From positions 12,152,001 through 12,216,000 of the forward strand of contig CM075982.1 in NCBI GenBank assembly GCA_038087875.1: a DNA stretch of 64,000 bases, in the 5' to 3' direction. Position numbers and translations under genes: made by a program. This stretch comes from Malacoraja senta. Lineage: Eukaryota. Under the pieces are notes generated by a model. It saw only the letters and a program-made list of their open reading frames with translations. It was not told the origin of the DNA and searched no databases. This document shows positions 1 through 10,955 of the stretch, piece after piece (within the stretch, counting starts at the first letter, position 1; the number at the start of each line of letters is the position of its first letter).

Positions 1-215
1 TGTGACCGTGTGGTTTCCTCCCACATCCCAAGTGCTTGTGGGTTTGTAGGATAAATGGCCTCTGAAAAGTGCCCCTAGTGTGTCGGGAGCGGTTGCAAAA
101 GTAGGATAACATAGAACTAGTGTGAATGGGTGATTAATGGTCATTGTGGACTCTGTGTGCTGAAGCGCCTGTTTGCCATGATGTATCATTCAATTAATCA
201 ATCAATTTCAATCAA
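1..215 (+). mobile_element. tRNA-derived SINE (V-SINE/HE1-like), 3' part, duplication copy A
   Basis: ttcctcccaca core, CR1-like tail and (TCAA)n; matches 2640-2995. Confidence 0.85.
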
Positions 216-1370
216 TAATGTCATTTAGTTCAGGTTCCCGAAGTCTTTGCAAACAGGCTTTGTGCCTTAACATGTGTCACCATATGGTATATCCAAAGTT
301 TCATTTAAAGATCTGGAATAATGTGGAATAATAATAGAAAATACTTGAAATAGCAGGTAGGCAGGGCAATAGGGAAGTGGGAAGAGGGAGGGAGGGCGAA
401 TGGGCAGGATCATGCTTACATCATTTTTAAGTAATGGAAAAGTTAATTAAAAATGCACCTAATTAGTGATTAAAATAATTAAACAAAAGCAGCTGTTTTT
501 AAAGAAAGAAAATATCTGTTTTCTCTCATCATCCATTGACCTGTATTCCCCCTAGAATGAAAGGGTCTTAGATCCTGCAACAGATCTGACCTGATGTAGC
601 ATTTAACTGGTAAATTTCAAACATAGTAGGGAATTCTAACAAGACTGAGTTCCCATGCTGGAGGAAATTACCAAATCAATTTCAGACCAGATATGCATAA
701 GGTCATTAAAACGATTGAATGTTGGTCAACCTGCTTGGAACCACTGGCAAAATTTAGCAAGCTATGTCCATTATTTCAGATCAGAACTTACATCAGGATT
801 GTCCTTGACCACGATAGTTGACTCGGCTTCTCCTGGACAATATTGGTAGTTCAATACAATTGTGTGAATTTCTCAGTTTATGTACAGCTAAGTTTAGGGA
901 TACCCCTGCAAACACACAAGATCTGAGCTTATCATGTTATGTTAGCCATTTCCTGGCCATGCTGTGAGTTGAACATCTTTGGAGCAGCATCTTGTTTTCT
1001 GCCATGGATTCCTTTCTCCAATAACTTGGTACAGAATCCATGAGCTCTTTCTTGCATAGGGACAGTAGGCTTTGAGAAAGAGAAAGTTAAATTATTACCT
1101 ATTTAAATTATTTGTATTAATTGAATGCTTTTAGTTTATCTTGTTTATGATGTTGGGGAGGCCAACTCCATTAACTTCACCAGAAAAACAAATATGTTGT
1201 GCTACAGGTCTTCATTTAGTGCCAGTTATAATGCTTCACATAATATATGGAGTAGATTTTCACAAAATAACTCCAGTAATCCTCATTTAAAATTCAGATC
1301 AACTAAAATTGCTCGATTTGTAACACAATTAATAAATAATCCACCTCTTTGACTATTTGCGCATGCATAG

Positions 1371-1406
1371 CCACCTATGCAGCAGCCAAAGCTGCAAAAT
1401 ATGCAG
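1371..1406 (+). CDS. ELN: ELN cross-link exon ATYAAAKAAKYA (36 nt) with a rearranged acceptor
   Basis: catag|ccacctatgca...tatgcag|gtaagt. Frame preserved, but the acceptor lacks the polypyrimidine tract of the paralogous exon at 5421. Confidence 0.65.
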
Positions 1407-2141
1407 GTAAGTCTCCCTATTTTCAATAGAAAAATCTGAAAATGCTGGCAATTTAAAATTGAAATTTATAATACTGAACAATACTCAGCAGGCCCAACAG
1501 CTATGGAGAACAAACATAGGGTCTCAGGTCTCCAGTATATTATAACGCTTCTTACAGGAATCAACAAGGTTGTATTCAAAGGAATCCCACAATTGGTATT
1601 AAAATAATAAAGGACAAAATTGGGAAGTATTTTTTAATGTTCAGTTTAACCTATACCTCATTTTATTGTAAGTGGCAGTGGAAATTTGGAACATCATTCT
1701 CCCAAACTACTATGATTATCAATCAACTGAAAGTTAGTTAGATTTGTATGTTAAATTAATGAAATCAAATTTTGTGACAGGAAATGAGCTATAGATTAAG
1801 CTGAACACAGGCTTAAGGTGATGTTCTTAAGTTATCCTCTTCCTGTACTTGAATGCTGCCGTTGCTCACTAGTGTTGTTTATTTATGCCAGTTTAGAGCC
1901 ATGACCACATATACTGGCATTGTAGGATATTACAGAATAGTTCCAGTCGTACTGTCTATGGCTGAAATGCTTTTGAACGTTTGATCACAATCCACTTTCG
2001 CTTCTCACAGCAAACAAAAGCTGCCTTCCAAGCCTGGTAATAGATGACCCAATAACACTGCAGTCAATTGTCCATAGTCTATGAGTTTTTTAAATAATTT
2101 AATATACTAATGATTGGAATTCTACTCTATTGTCATTCCAG

Positions 2142-2249
2142 GGGCTGTGCCAGGAGGAGTTCCTGGTGGTGTACCTGGAGGCTATCCAGGGGGTGTACCT
2201 GGAGGCTATCCAGGGGGTGTACCTGGAGCTGCATTTGGAGGCCTTGCAG
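2142..2249 (+). CDS. ELN: ELN hydrophobic exon [36 protein letters not shown] (108 nt)
   Basis: cattccag|gggctgtg...cttgcag|gtgatc; VPGG/YPGG repeats. Confidence 0.93.
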
Positions 2250-2639
2250 GTGATCTTTTCTCTTTTAAAACCTTTTCATTTTTATTGAAATGTCTTGAGT
2301 GCTAAATTTCAGTTTTACCATCCATTCACGTTATATCAATATTACAATTTTTAAGTAGATCCTGAATCCTATGGCCATGACAGACACAAGACCAAAGAGG
2401 AAATGAATGTTCGAGGGGACATTTGATCTCTTATTTGTCTGGCTTTGGAACCAAGAAACCTGTGGTGCAAATAATCATAGGTAAAGGCTTAGAAAGGTTT
2501 TCATTGCCATTTTCAGGAAAAATTGCCCTTCAGCTTGGCATGCAAGAAGCTTATTCAATTTTCTTACCTCAAGTATTTCACTTGTGAAACTACATTGGTA
2601 TCAGGTGTCCTGGCCAAAACAATTTAAAGAAATTAGTAT

Positions 2640-2995
2640 GGGGCAGCACACCGGGGCAGCTGATAGAGGCGTTATCTCACAGCGCCAGATAACTGGGTTT
2701 GATCCAGACTTCGGGTGCTGCCTGTGTGGAGTTTACACGTTCTCCTTGTGACCGTGTGGGTTTCCTCCGGGTGCTCTGGTTTCCTCCCACATCCCAAGCG
2801 TGTATGGGTTTGTAGGATAAATGCCCTCTGAAAATTGCCCCTAGTGTGTAGGGAGTGGTTGCAAAAGTAGGATAATATTAAACTAGTGTGAACGGGTGAT
2901 TGACGGTCATTGTGGACTATGTGCCGAAAGGCCTGTTTGTCATGATGTATCTTTCAATCAATTAATTAATCAATCATTCAATCAATCAATCAATA
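2640..2995 (+). mobile_element. tRNA-derived SINE (V-SINE/HE1-like), copy B
   Basis: Degenerate A/B boxes (gggtttgatcc), gtgggtttcctccgggtgctctggtttcctcccaca core, (TCAA)n tail. Confidence 0.87.
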
Positions 2996-3840
2996 ATGTC
3001 ATTTAGTTTAGGTTCCTGAAGTCTTTGCAAACAGGCTTTATGTTTTAGTATGCCTTAACATGTGTCACCATATGGTATATCCAAAGTTCCATTTAAAGAT
3101 CTGGAATAATGTGGAATAATAATGGAAAATACTTGAAATACTCAGCAGGTAGGCAGGGCAATAGGGAAGTAGGAAGAGGGAGGGAGGGCGAATGGGCAGG
3201 ATCATGCTTTACATCATTTTTAAGTAATGGAAAAGTTGATCAAAAATGCACCTAAATAGTGCTTAAAAGCATTAAACTAAAGGAGCTGCTTTCAAAGAAA
3301 GAAAATATCTGTTTTCTCTCATAATCCATTAACCTATATTCCCCCTAGAATGAAAGGGTCTTAGATCCTGTAGCAGATCTGATCTGATGTAGCATTTAAC
3401 TGGTAAGTTTAAAAAATAGTCGGAAATTCTAACAAGACTGATCTCCCATGCAGGACTGAAATGACCGAATCAATTTCAGACCAGATATGCTAAGGTTATT
3501 AAAACGATTGAATGTTGGATTCAACCTGATTGGAAACACTGGCAAAATTTAGCAAGCTATGTCCATTATTTCAGATCAGAACTTACATCAGGATTGTCCT
3601 TGACCATGAAAGTTGACTCAGCTTCTCCTGGAAAATATTGGTAGTTCAATCCAAACTGTGTGCATGACTCAGTTTATATATAGCTAAGTTTAGGGATACC
3701 CCTGCAAACACATAAGTTCTGAGCTTACCTGATTATGTTAGCCATTTCCTGGCCATGCTTTGCAGTTGAACATCTTTGGAGCAGTACCTTGTTACGTGCC
3801 ATGTAATCCTTTCTCAGATAACCTGGGACAGAATCCATGA

Positions 3841-4060
3841 TACACAAAAGTGCTGGAGAAACTCAGCGGGTGCAGCAGCATCTATGGAGCGAAGGAAATA
3901 GGCAACATTTCGGGCCAAAACCCTTCATCAGTCTGAAGAAGGGTTTCGGCCCGAAACGTTGCCTATCTCCTTCGCTCCATAGATGCTGCTGCACCCGCTG
4001 AGTTTCTCCAGCACTTTTGTGTACCTTCGATTTTCCAGCATCTGCAGTTCCTTCTTAAAC
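3841..4060. mobile_element. Penelope-type fold-back insert (~90-bp arms) with a hammerhead core at 3933-3960
   Basis: Palindrome 3841-4023; 13-bp TSD acagaatccatga (3828-3840 / 4061-4073); empty site at 1031-1043. Confidence 0.85.
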
Positions 4061-4493
4061 ACAGAATCCATGAGCTCTTTCTTGCATAGGGACTATGGGC
4101 TTTGAGAAAGAGAAAGTTAAAGTATTACCTATTTAAATTATTTGCTTTATTTTAACGCTTTTAATTTATCTTGTTTATGATGTTGGTGAGGCCAACTCCA
4201 TTAACTTCACCAGAAAAACTAATATGTTGTGCTACAGGTCTTCATTTAGTGCCAGTTATAATGCTTCACAGAATATATGGAGTAGATTTTCAAGAAATAA
4301 CTCCAGTAATCCTCATTTAAAATTCAGATCAAATAAAATTGCACAATTTGAAACACAATAAAATAATTAATCCACCTCTTTGGCTATTTGCTCATGCTGC
4401 TCAATTCTTTATTATTTGGTATACAAAATATCAGTAATTCCCTGGCATTTACAAGAAGATAATTTACATGTAACTTATGATAATTAATGGGTA

Positions 4494-4705
4494 GGTAGAC
4501 GCAAAATGCTTGAGTAACTCAGTGGGACAGGCAGCAACACTGGAGGGAAGGAATGGGTGACGTTTCGGGACGAGACCCTTCTTCAGTCTTGAGTCGAAAC
4601 GTCACCCATTCCTTTCCACCAAAGATGCTGCCTGTCCCGCTGAATTACTCCAGCATTTTGTGTCTACCTTCGATTTAAACTAGCATCTGCAGTTCTTTCC
4701 TACAC
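4494..4705. mobile_element. Penelope-type fold-back insert, second subfamily
   Basis: Inverted arms; 14-bp TSD ataattaatgggta (4480-4493 / 4706-4719); empty site at ~10687-10700. Confidence 0.85.
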
Positions 4706-4783
4706 ATAATTAATGGGTAAATAGCTGTTTTATAGTATTTTTCTTAATTCGTAATATTTTAAAGTTTGATTTAATAGTGTTAA

Positions 4784-5083
4784 TAGCCCTGTCCCACGGT
4801 ACGAGTTCATTCCAAGAGAGGTAAGCACGGAAAGTGAACGTAGCGGGTACGTCGGAGCTCGGGGATGTCACTTAGTGGCTCCTAACGCTAACGGCAGGTA
4901 CTCGGGAAGACTCGCTAACGGCAGGTAAGTACGGGAAGACTCGTGAAGATTTTTCAACATGTTGAAAAATGTCCACGAGAGTCCCGAGTGCCGACGAGTG
5001 GCCATTACCGTAAATCTCCGAGTTCGAAGCAGGGCAAACTCGGGAGAGCTCATGGAATGAACTCGTACCGTGGGACAAGGCTA
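4784..5083. mobile_element. MITE (non-autonomous DNA transposon), ~300 bp, flanked by TTAA
   Basis: TIRs tagccctgtcccacggtacgagttcattcca / tggaatgaactcgtaccgtgggacaaggcta; ttaa at 4780-4783 and 5084-5087. Confidence 0.88.
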
Positions 5084-5420
5084 TTAATTGGAAAAGTATT
5101 ATGGTGATGTGATAGTAAATTACAAATTCAATCATAAGAAATTCCTATTATCCAAAACCATTGGTGATTTTATAAAATTAATTTGGAGGTTTTGGAAGAT
5201 TTTTTTATCATTATTAGCTGGAGACAGTGCAAAATGTCATGAGGCAGCAACTCCTTGTGATTTTGTGATGGTAGTGTAGTGGATTCAGCACCAATTCCTT
5301 AAATGTAATTGCAAATGCTTGTTTTGTGCTCCTCCAAGTTGAGCCTTTCAGAAATGTGATCTAATATATTATTTGCACAATATGAGGCTAAATTCTCTTA
5401 TCAATCTTTTTTCATTGCAG

Positions 5421-5456
5421 GTGGCTATGCAGCAGCCAAAGCTGCAAAATATGCGA
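5421..5456 (+). CDS. ELN: ELN cross-link exon GGYAAAKAAKYA (36 nt)
   Basis: ttttttcattgcag|gtggctat...tatgcga|gtaagt. Confidence 0.9.
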
Positions 5457-6182
5457 GTAAGTCTTCCTATTTTCAATAGAAAACACAGAAAATGCTGGTA
5501 ATTGAAAATTGAAATTTATAATACGGAACAATACTCAACAGGCCCAACAGCTATGGAGAACAAACGTAGGGTCTCAGATTTCCAGTATATTATAACGCTT
5601 CTTCCAGGAATCAACAAGTTTTTAGTCAAAGGAATCTACAATTAGTAGTAAAATAATTAAGGACAAAATTGGGAAGTCATTTTTAATGTTCAGTTTAATC
5701 TATACCTCGTTTTAATGTAAGTGGCAGTGGAGTGGTCAGTTGATTAATAATGATCAATCAACTGAAAGTTAGCACTAAGATTATTTGAGTTTTGTATATT
5801 AAATTAATGAAATCAAATTTTGTGACGGGAAATAAGCTATAGATTAAGCTGAACACAGGCTTGAGATGTGTTCTTAAGTTATCTTCCTGAACTTGAATTG
5901 TGCTGTTCCTCACTAGTGTTTTTTTATTTATGCCAGTTTAGCGTCATGAGCACATATACTGGCATTGTAGGATGTTGCAGAATAGTTCCAGTCGTTCTGT
6001 CTGTCTGAAATGCTTTTGAACGTTTGATCTCAATCCACTTTTAGTTCTCACAGTAAACAAAAGCTGCCTTTCAAGCCTGGTAATAGATGACCTAATAACA
6101 CTGCAGTAAATTGTCCATAGTCTGCGTCTTTTAAATAATTGAATATACTGATGATTGGAACTCTACTGTATTGTCATTCCAG

Positions 6183-6290
6183 GGGCTGTGCCAGGAGGAG
6201 TTCCTGGTGGTGTACCTGGAGGCTATCCAGGGGGTGTACCTGGAGGCTATCCAGGGGGTGTACCTGGAGCTGCATACGGAGGCCTTCCAG
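6183..6290 (+). CDS. ELN: ELN hydrophobic exon (R/G)[35 protein letters not shown] (108 nt)
   Basis: cattccag|...cttccag|gtgatc; only 3 nt differ from exon 2142-2249. Confidence 0.93.
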
Positions 6291-6666
6291 GTGATCTTTT
6301 CTCTTTTAAAACATTTTCATTTTTATTGAAATGTCTTGAGTGGTAAATTTCAATTTTACCATCCCTTCACTTTATATCAATATTACAATTTTAAGTAGAT
6401 CCTGAATCCTATGGCCAAGACACACACAAGACAAAGAGGAAATGAATGTGCTAGGGACATTTGATCTCTAATTAGTCTGGCTTTGGAACCAAGAAACCTG
6501 TGGTGCAAATAATCATGGGTACAGGCTTAGAAAGGTTTTCATTGCCATTTTCTGGAAAATTGCAAACTCCAGGAAGCACATTCAAATTTTTTTACTCAAG
6601 TATTTCACTTGTGAAACTACATTGATATCGGGTGTCATGGCCAAAACAATTTAAAGAAATTAATAT

Positions 6667-7005
6667 GGGGCGGCACACTGGCGCAGCTGATAGAGACGTT
6701 GTCTCACAGCGCCAGAGAACTGCGTTTGATCCTGATGTCGGGTGCTGCCCATGTGGAGTTTACGTGTCCTCCTTGTGACCGTGTGGGTTTCTTCTGGGTG
6801 CTCGGGTTTCCTCCCACATCCCAAGTGCCTGTGGGTTTGTAGGTTAAATGGCCTCTAAAAATTGCCCCTAGTGTGCAGGGAGTGGTTGCAAAAGTAGGAT
6901 AGCATAGAACTAGTGTGAACGGGTGATTGAAGGTCATTGTGGACTCTGTGTGCCGAAGTGCCTGTTTGCCATGATGTATCTTTCAATCAATCATTCAATC
7001 AATCA
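6667..7005 (+). mobile_element. tRNA-derived SINE, copy C
   Basis: Paralog of 2640-2995 with A box tggcgcagctg. Confidence 0.87.
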
Positions 7006-7089
7006 GTAATGTCATTTAGTTTAGGTTCCTGAAGTCTTTGCAACCGAGCTTTGTCTTTTCGTATGCTTTAACATGTGTCATCATATGGT

Positions 7090-8184
7090 TTTGGGGAAGG
7101 GTATTGACACGGATAGAGAACCGGTTGGCGGACAGGAAGCAGAGAGTAGGAATTCATGGGTCCTTTTCAAAATGGCAGGCAGTGACTAGTGGGGTGCCAC
7201 AAGGCTCGGTGCTGGGATGCCAGTTATTTACAATATATATTAACAATTTAGACGAGGGAATTAAATGTGAAATCTCCAAGTGTGTGGATGACACAAAGCT
7301 GGGTGGTAGTGTGAGCTGCGATGAGGATGCTATGAGGCTGCAGGGTGACTTGGATATGCTGGGTGAGTGGGCAGATGCATGACAGATGCAGTATAATGTG
7401 GATAAATGTGAGGTTATCCACTTTTATGGCAGATTATTATCTGAATGTCAGATTAGGAAAAGGGGAGGTGCAACGAGAGTGTGCTTGTACATCAGTCATT
7501 GAAAGTTAACATGCAGGTACAGCAGGCAGTGAAGAAAGCTAATGGCATGTTGGCCTTCATTGTGAGTGGATTTGAGTTTAGAAGCAAGGAGGTCCCACTG
7601 CAATTGTACAGGCCCTGGTGGGACGGTATCTGGAGTATTGGGTGCAATTTTGGTCTCCTAATTTGAGAAAGGACATCATTGCTATTGAGGGAGTGCAGCG
7701 TAGGTTCATCAGGTTAATTTCCGGGATGGTGGGACTGACCTATGATGAAAGAATGGGTCGACGGGGCTTGTGTTCACTGGAATTTAGAAGGATGAGAGGT
7801 GATCTTATTGAAACATATAAGATTATTAAGGGTTTGTCAAGCTAGATACAGGAAAAATATCCCCGATGTTGGGGAGTCCAGAACCAGGAGTCACAGTTTA
7901 AGAATAAGGTGTAGGCCATTTAGAACTGAGATGAGGAAACATTTTTTCTCCCAGATACTTGTGCATCTGTGGAATTCTCTGCCACAGAAGGTAGTGGAGG
8001 CTAATTCACTGGATGTTTTCAAGAGAGAGTTAGATTTATCTCTTAGGGCTAAAGGAATCAAGGGATCTGGGGAAAAGCAGGAATGAGGTACTGATTTTAG
8101 ACGATCAGCCATGATCATATTTAATAGCCATGCTGACTCGCAGGGCCAAATGGCCTACACCTGCACCTACTTTTCTTTGTTTCT
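7090..8184 (+). mobile_element. 5'-truncated CR1 LINE (RT C-terminal half plus 3'UTR), private to copy C
   Basis: VTSGVPQGSVLG, DDTKLGG, YWVQFWSP peptides; TSD atatggt (7083-7089 / 8185-8191); other copies have the empty catatggtatatcc site. Confidence 0.93.
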
Positions 8185-8734
8185 ATATGGTATATCCAAA
8201 GTTTCATTTAAAGATCTGGAATAATGTAGAATAATAATAGAAAATACTTCAAATACTCAGCAGGTAGGCAGAGCAATAGGGAAGTAGGAAGAGGGAGGGC
8301 TGGAAGACGAATGGGCAGGATCATACTGGACATCATTTTTAAGTAATGGAAAAGTTAATTAAAAATGCACCTAATTAGCGATTTAAAAATATGAAACTAA
8401 AGCAACTGTTTTCAAAGAAAGAAAATATCTGTTTTCTCTCATAATCCATTAACCTATATTCCCCCTAGAATAAGAGGGTCCTAGATCCTGCTGCAGATCT
8501 GACCTGATGTAGCATTTAACGGGTAAATTTCAAACATAGTAGGAAATTCTAACAAGACTGAGCTCCCATGCAGGAGTAAATGACCAAATCAATTTCAGAC
8601 CAGATGTGCATAAGGCCATTAAATATATTGAATGTTGGTCGACCTGATTGAAACCATTGGCAACATTTAGCAAGCTATGTCCATTATTTCAGGTCAACTT
8701 ACAGCAAGATTGGCCTTGACCAGAAGATTGACTC

Positions 8735-8862
8735 TGTGGAAGGGTCTCTACCCAAAACGTCACCAATTCCTTCACTCCATAGATGCTGCCTCACCTGCTG
8801 AGTTTCCCCAGCATTTATGTCTACCTTCAATTTGTCCAGCATCTGCTGTTCTTTCTTAAACA
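8735..8862 (+). mobile_element. Penelope-type short insert, single arm
   Basis: gaagggtctctacccaaaacgtcacc...gcatctgctgtt; TSD attgactc (8727-8734 / 8863-8870). Confidence 0.8.
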
Positions 8863-9082
8863 ATTGACTCAGCTTCTCCTGGAAAATATTGGTATTTTAA
8901 TCCAAACTGTGTATCGATTCAGTTTATGTATAGCTAAGTTTCCGTTCGCTCAGTAAACAAATGCTGCCTTTCAAGCCTGGTAAGAGTTGACCTGATAACA
9001 CTGCAGTAAGCTGTCCATAGTCTGAGTCTTTTAAATAATGTAATATATTGATGATTGGAATTCTGCTCTCTTGTCATTTCAG

Positions 9083-9154
9083 GTGCTGTGCCAGGAGGTG
9101 TACCTGGAGGCTATCCAGGGGGTGTACCTGGAGCTGCATATGGAGGGTTTCCAG
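9083..9154 (+). CDS. ELN: ELN hydrophobic exon [24 protein letters not shown] (72 nt)
   Basis: catttcag|gtgctgtg...tttccag|gtgatc; shorter paralog of the 108-nt exon. Confidence 0.92.
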
Positions 9155-9333
9155 GTGATCTTTTCTCTTTTAAAACCTTTTCGTTCTTATTGAAATGTCT
9201 TTAGTGCTAAATTTTGAGTTTTACCTTCCAATCACTTTATGCAAAAATTACAATTTTAAAGTAGACCCTGTTTTCCATAATGTACCAGTATCTTTCAATC
9301 AATCATTCAATCAATCAGTCATTTAGCTTAGGT

Positions 9334-9424
9334 ACACAAAAGTGCTGGAGAAACTCAGCGGGTGCAGCAGCATCTATGGAACGAAGGAGATAGGCAACGT
9401 TTCGGGCCGAAACCCTTCTTCAGA
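9334..9424 (-). mobile_element. Penelope-type short insert, single arm, intact hammerhead core on the minus strand
   Basis: Reverse complement reads gtCTGAAGAagggtttcggcccGAAAcgtt; TSD catttagctt(a/g)ggt (9320-9333 / 9425-9438). Confidence 0.85.
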
Positions 9425-10916
9425 CATTTAGCTTGGGTTCCTGAAGACTTTGAAAATAGGCTTTGTTGTTTTTGTATGCCTAAACATGTGTCCATATGGA
9501 ATATCCAAAGTTTCATTTAAAGATCTGGAATAATAATAGAAAATACTTGCAATACCTAGGAGGTAGGTAGGGCAATAGGGAAGTGGGAAGAGGGATGGAG
9601 GGCGAATGGGCAGGATCATGATTTACATCATTTTTAATTAATGGAAAAGTTAATTAAAAATGTACCTAATTAATGATTAAAAGCATTTAATTAATGCAGC
9701 TGTTTTCAACGAAAGAAAATATCGGTTTTCTCTCACAATCCATTAACCTATATTACCCATAGAATGAAATTGTCAAATCCTGCTGCAGATCTGACCTGAT
9801 GTAGCATTTAACTGGTAAATTTCAAACATAGTAGGAAATTCTAACAAGACTGAGCTCCCATGCAGGAGTGAATTTACCAAATCAATTTGAGACCAGGTGT
9901 GCATAAGGTTATTCAAACAATTAAATGTTGGTTTACCTGATCGGAACCACTTGCAAAATTTAGCAAGCTATGTCCATTATTTCAGGTCAGAACTTGCATC
10001 AGGATTGTTCTTGACCATGAAAGTTAACTCAGCTTTTCCTGGAAAATATTGGTATTTCAATCCAGACTGCGTGCATTACTCAATGTATATATAGCTAGGT
10101 TTAGGGATACCTCTGCAAACACATAGGTTCTGAGCTTACCAGGTTATGATGGTCATTTCCTGACCATGCTCTGCTGTTGAATATCTATGGAGCAGCATCT
10201 TGTTTTGTGCCAAGCAATTTTTTCTCAGATAACTTAGTGCAGAATCCATGAGCTCTTTCTTTGCAGGATCGTAGGCTTTGAGAAAGAGATAGTTAAATAT
10301 CTATTTTAATTATTTGTATTTATTTAATGCTTTTAGATTAAAATGGATTTGTGTGTTTTAGATTATCTTGTTTATGACATTGGTGAGGCCAACTCCATTA
10401 ACTTCACCAGAAAAACAAAATGATTGTGCCAGTTACAATGCTTCACAGAATATGTGCAGTAGATTTTCAAGAAAGAACTCCAGCAATCCTCATTTAAATT
10501 TCAGATGAAATAAAATTGCACGATCTGTATCACAATAAAATAAACGCTCCACCTCTTTGGCTATTTGCTCATGCTGCTCATTTTTTTAATTATTTGGTAT
10601 ACAAAAGATCAGTCTATTTGGTATACTAAAGATCAGTCTTTTTTACCCCTGGCAATCACAAGAAAATAATTTACATATGACCTAGGATAATTAACGGGTA
10701 AATAGCTGTTTTATAGTATTTTTCTTAATATCTTAAAGTTGGATACATTTTTGTGAGTTCGATTTAAACAACTTCGGTTAACATTGTATATTTCTGGTGT
10801 GTAGTTTTTCTGCAATGTAGTTGTGCTGTTGGCTTTCAAAACATTAGTCATCATTTGACTGTGTATGCAACTGATCGCTGTTCCATTATAACTTGTCCAT
10901 TCCTTTGATGTTGCAG

Positions 10917-10955
10917 GTGGTGCATACAGGTCTGCAAAAGCTGCTAAATATGGAG
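10917..10955 (+). CDS. ELN: ELN cross-link exon GGAYRSAKAAKYG (39 nt)
   Basis: gttgcag|gtggtgca...tatggag|gtacga. Confidence 0.9.

Larger units (their letters stand above)
1..10745 (+). repeat. Four-copy tandem segmental duplication of an ELN exon-pair unit (copies approx. <1-2249, 2250-6290, 6291-9154, 9155-10745)
   Basis: The same unique intron sequence recurs, e.g. catttagtt.aggttcc at ~222, ~3000, ~7013, ~9320/9426 and gcaagctatgtccattatttcag at ~757, ~3552, ~8670, ~9963. Confidence 0.95.

Noticed and set aside
2011-2036. Possible small exon (cacag|caaac...gcctg|gtaat) repeated in each duplication unit
   Set aside because: 26 nt (or 16 nt from the next AG) is not a multiple of 3, and the peptide is not elastin-like
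10591-10638. 24-bp tandem duplication tatttggtatac(a/t)aaagatcagtc
   Set aside because: Local slippage private to copy D, with no sign of function
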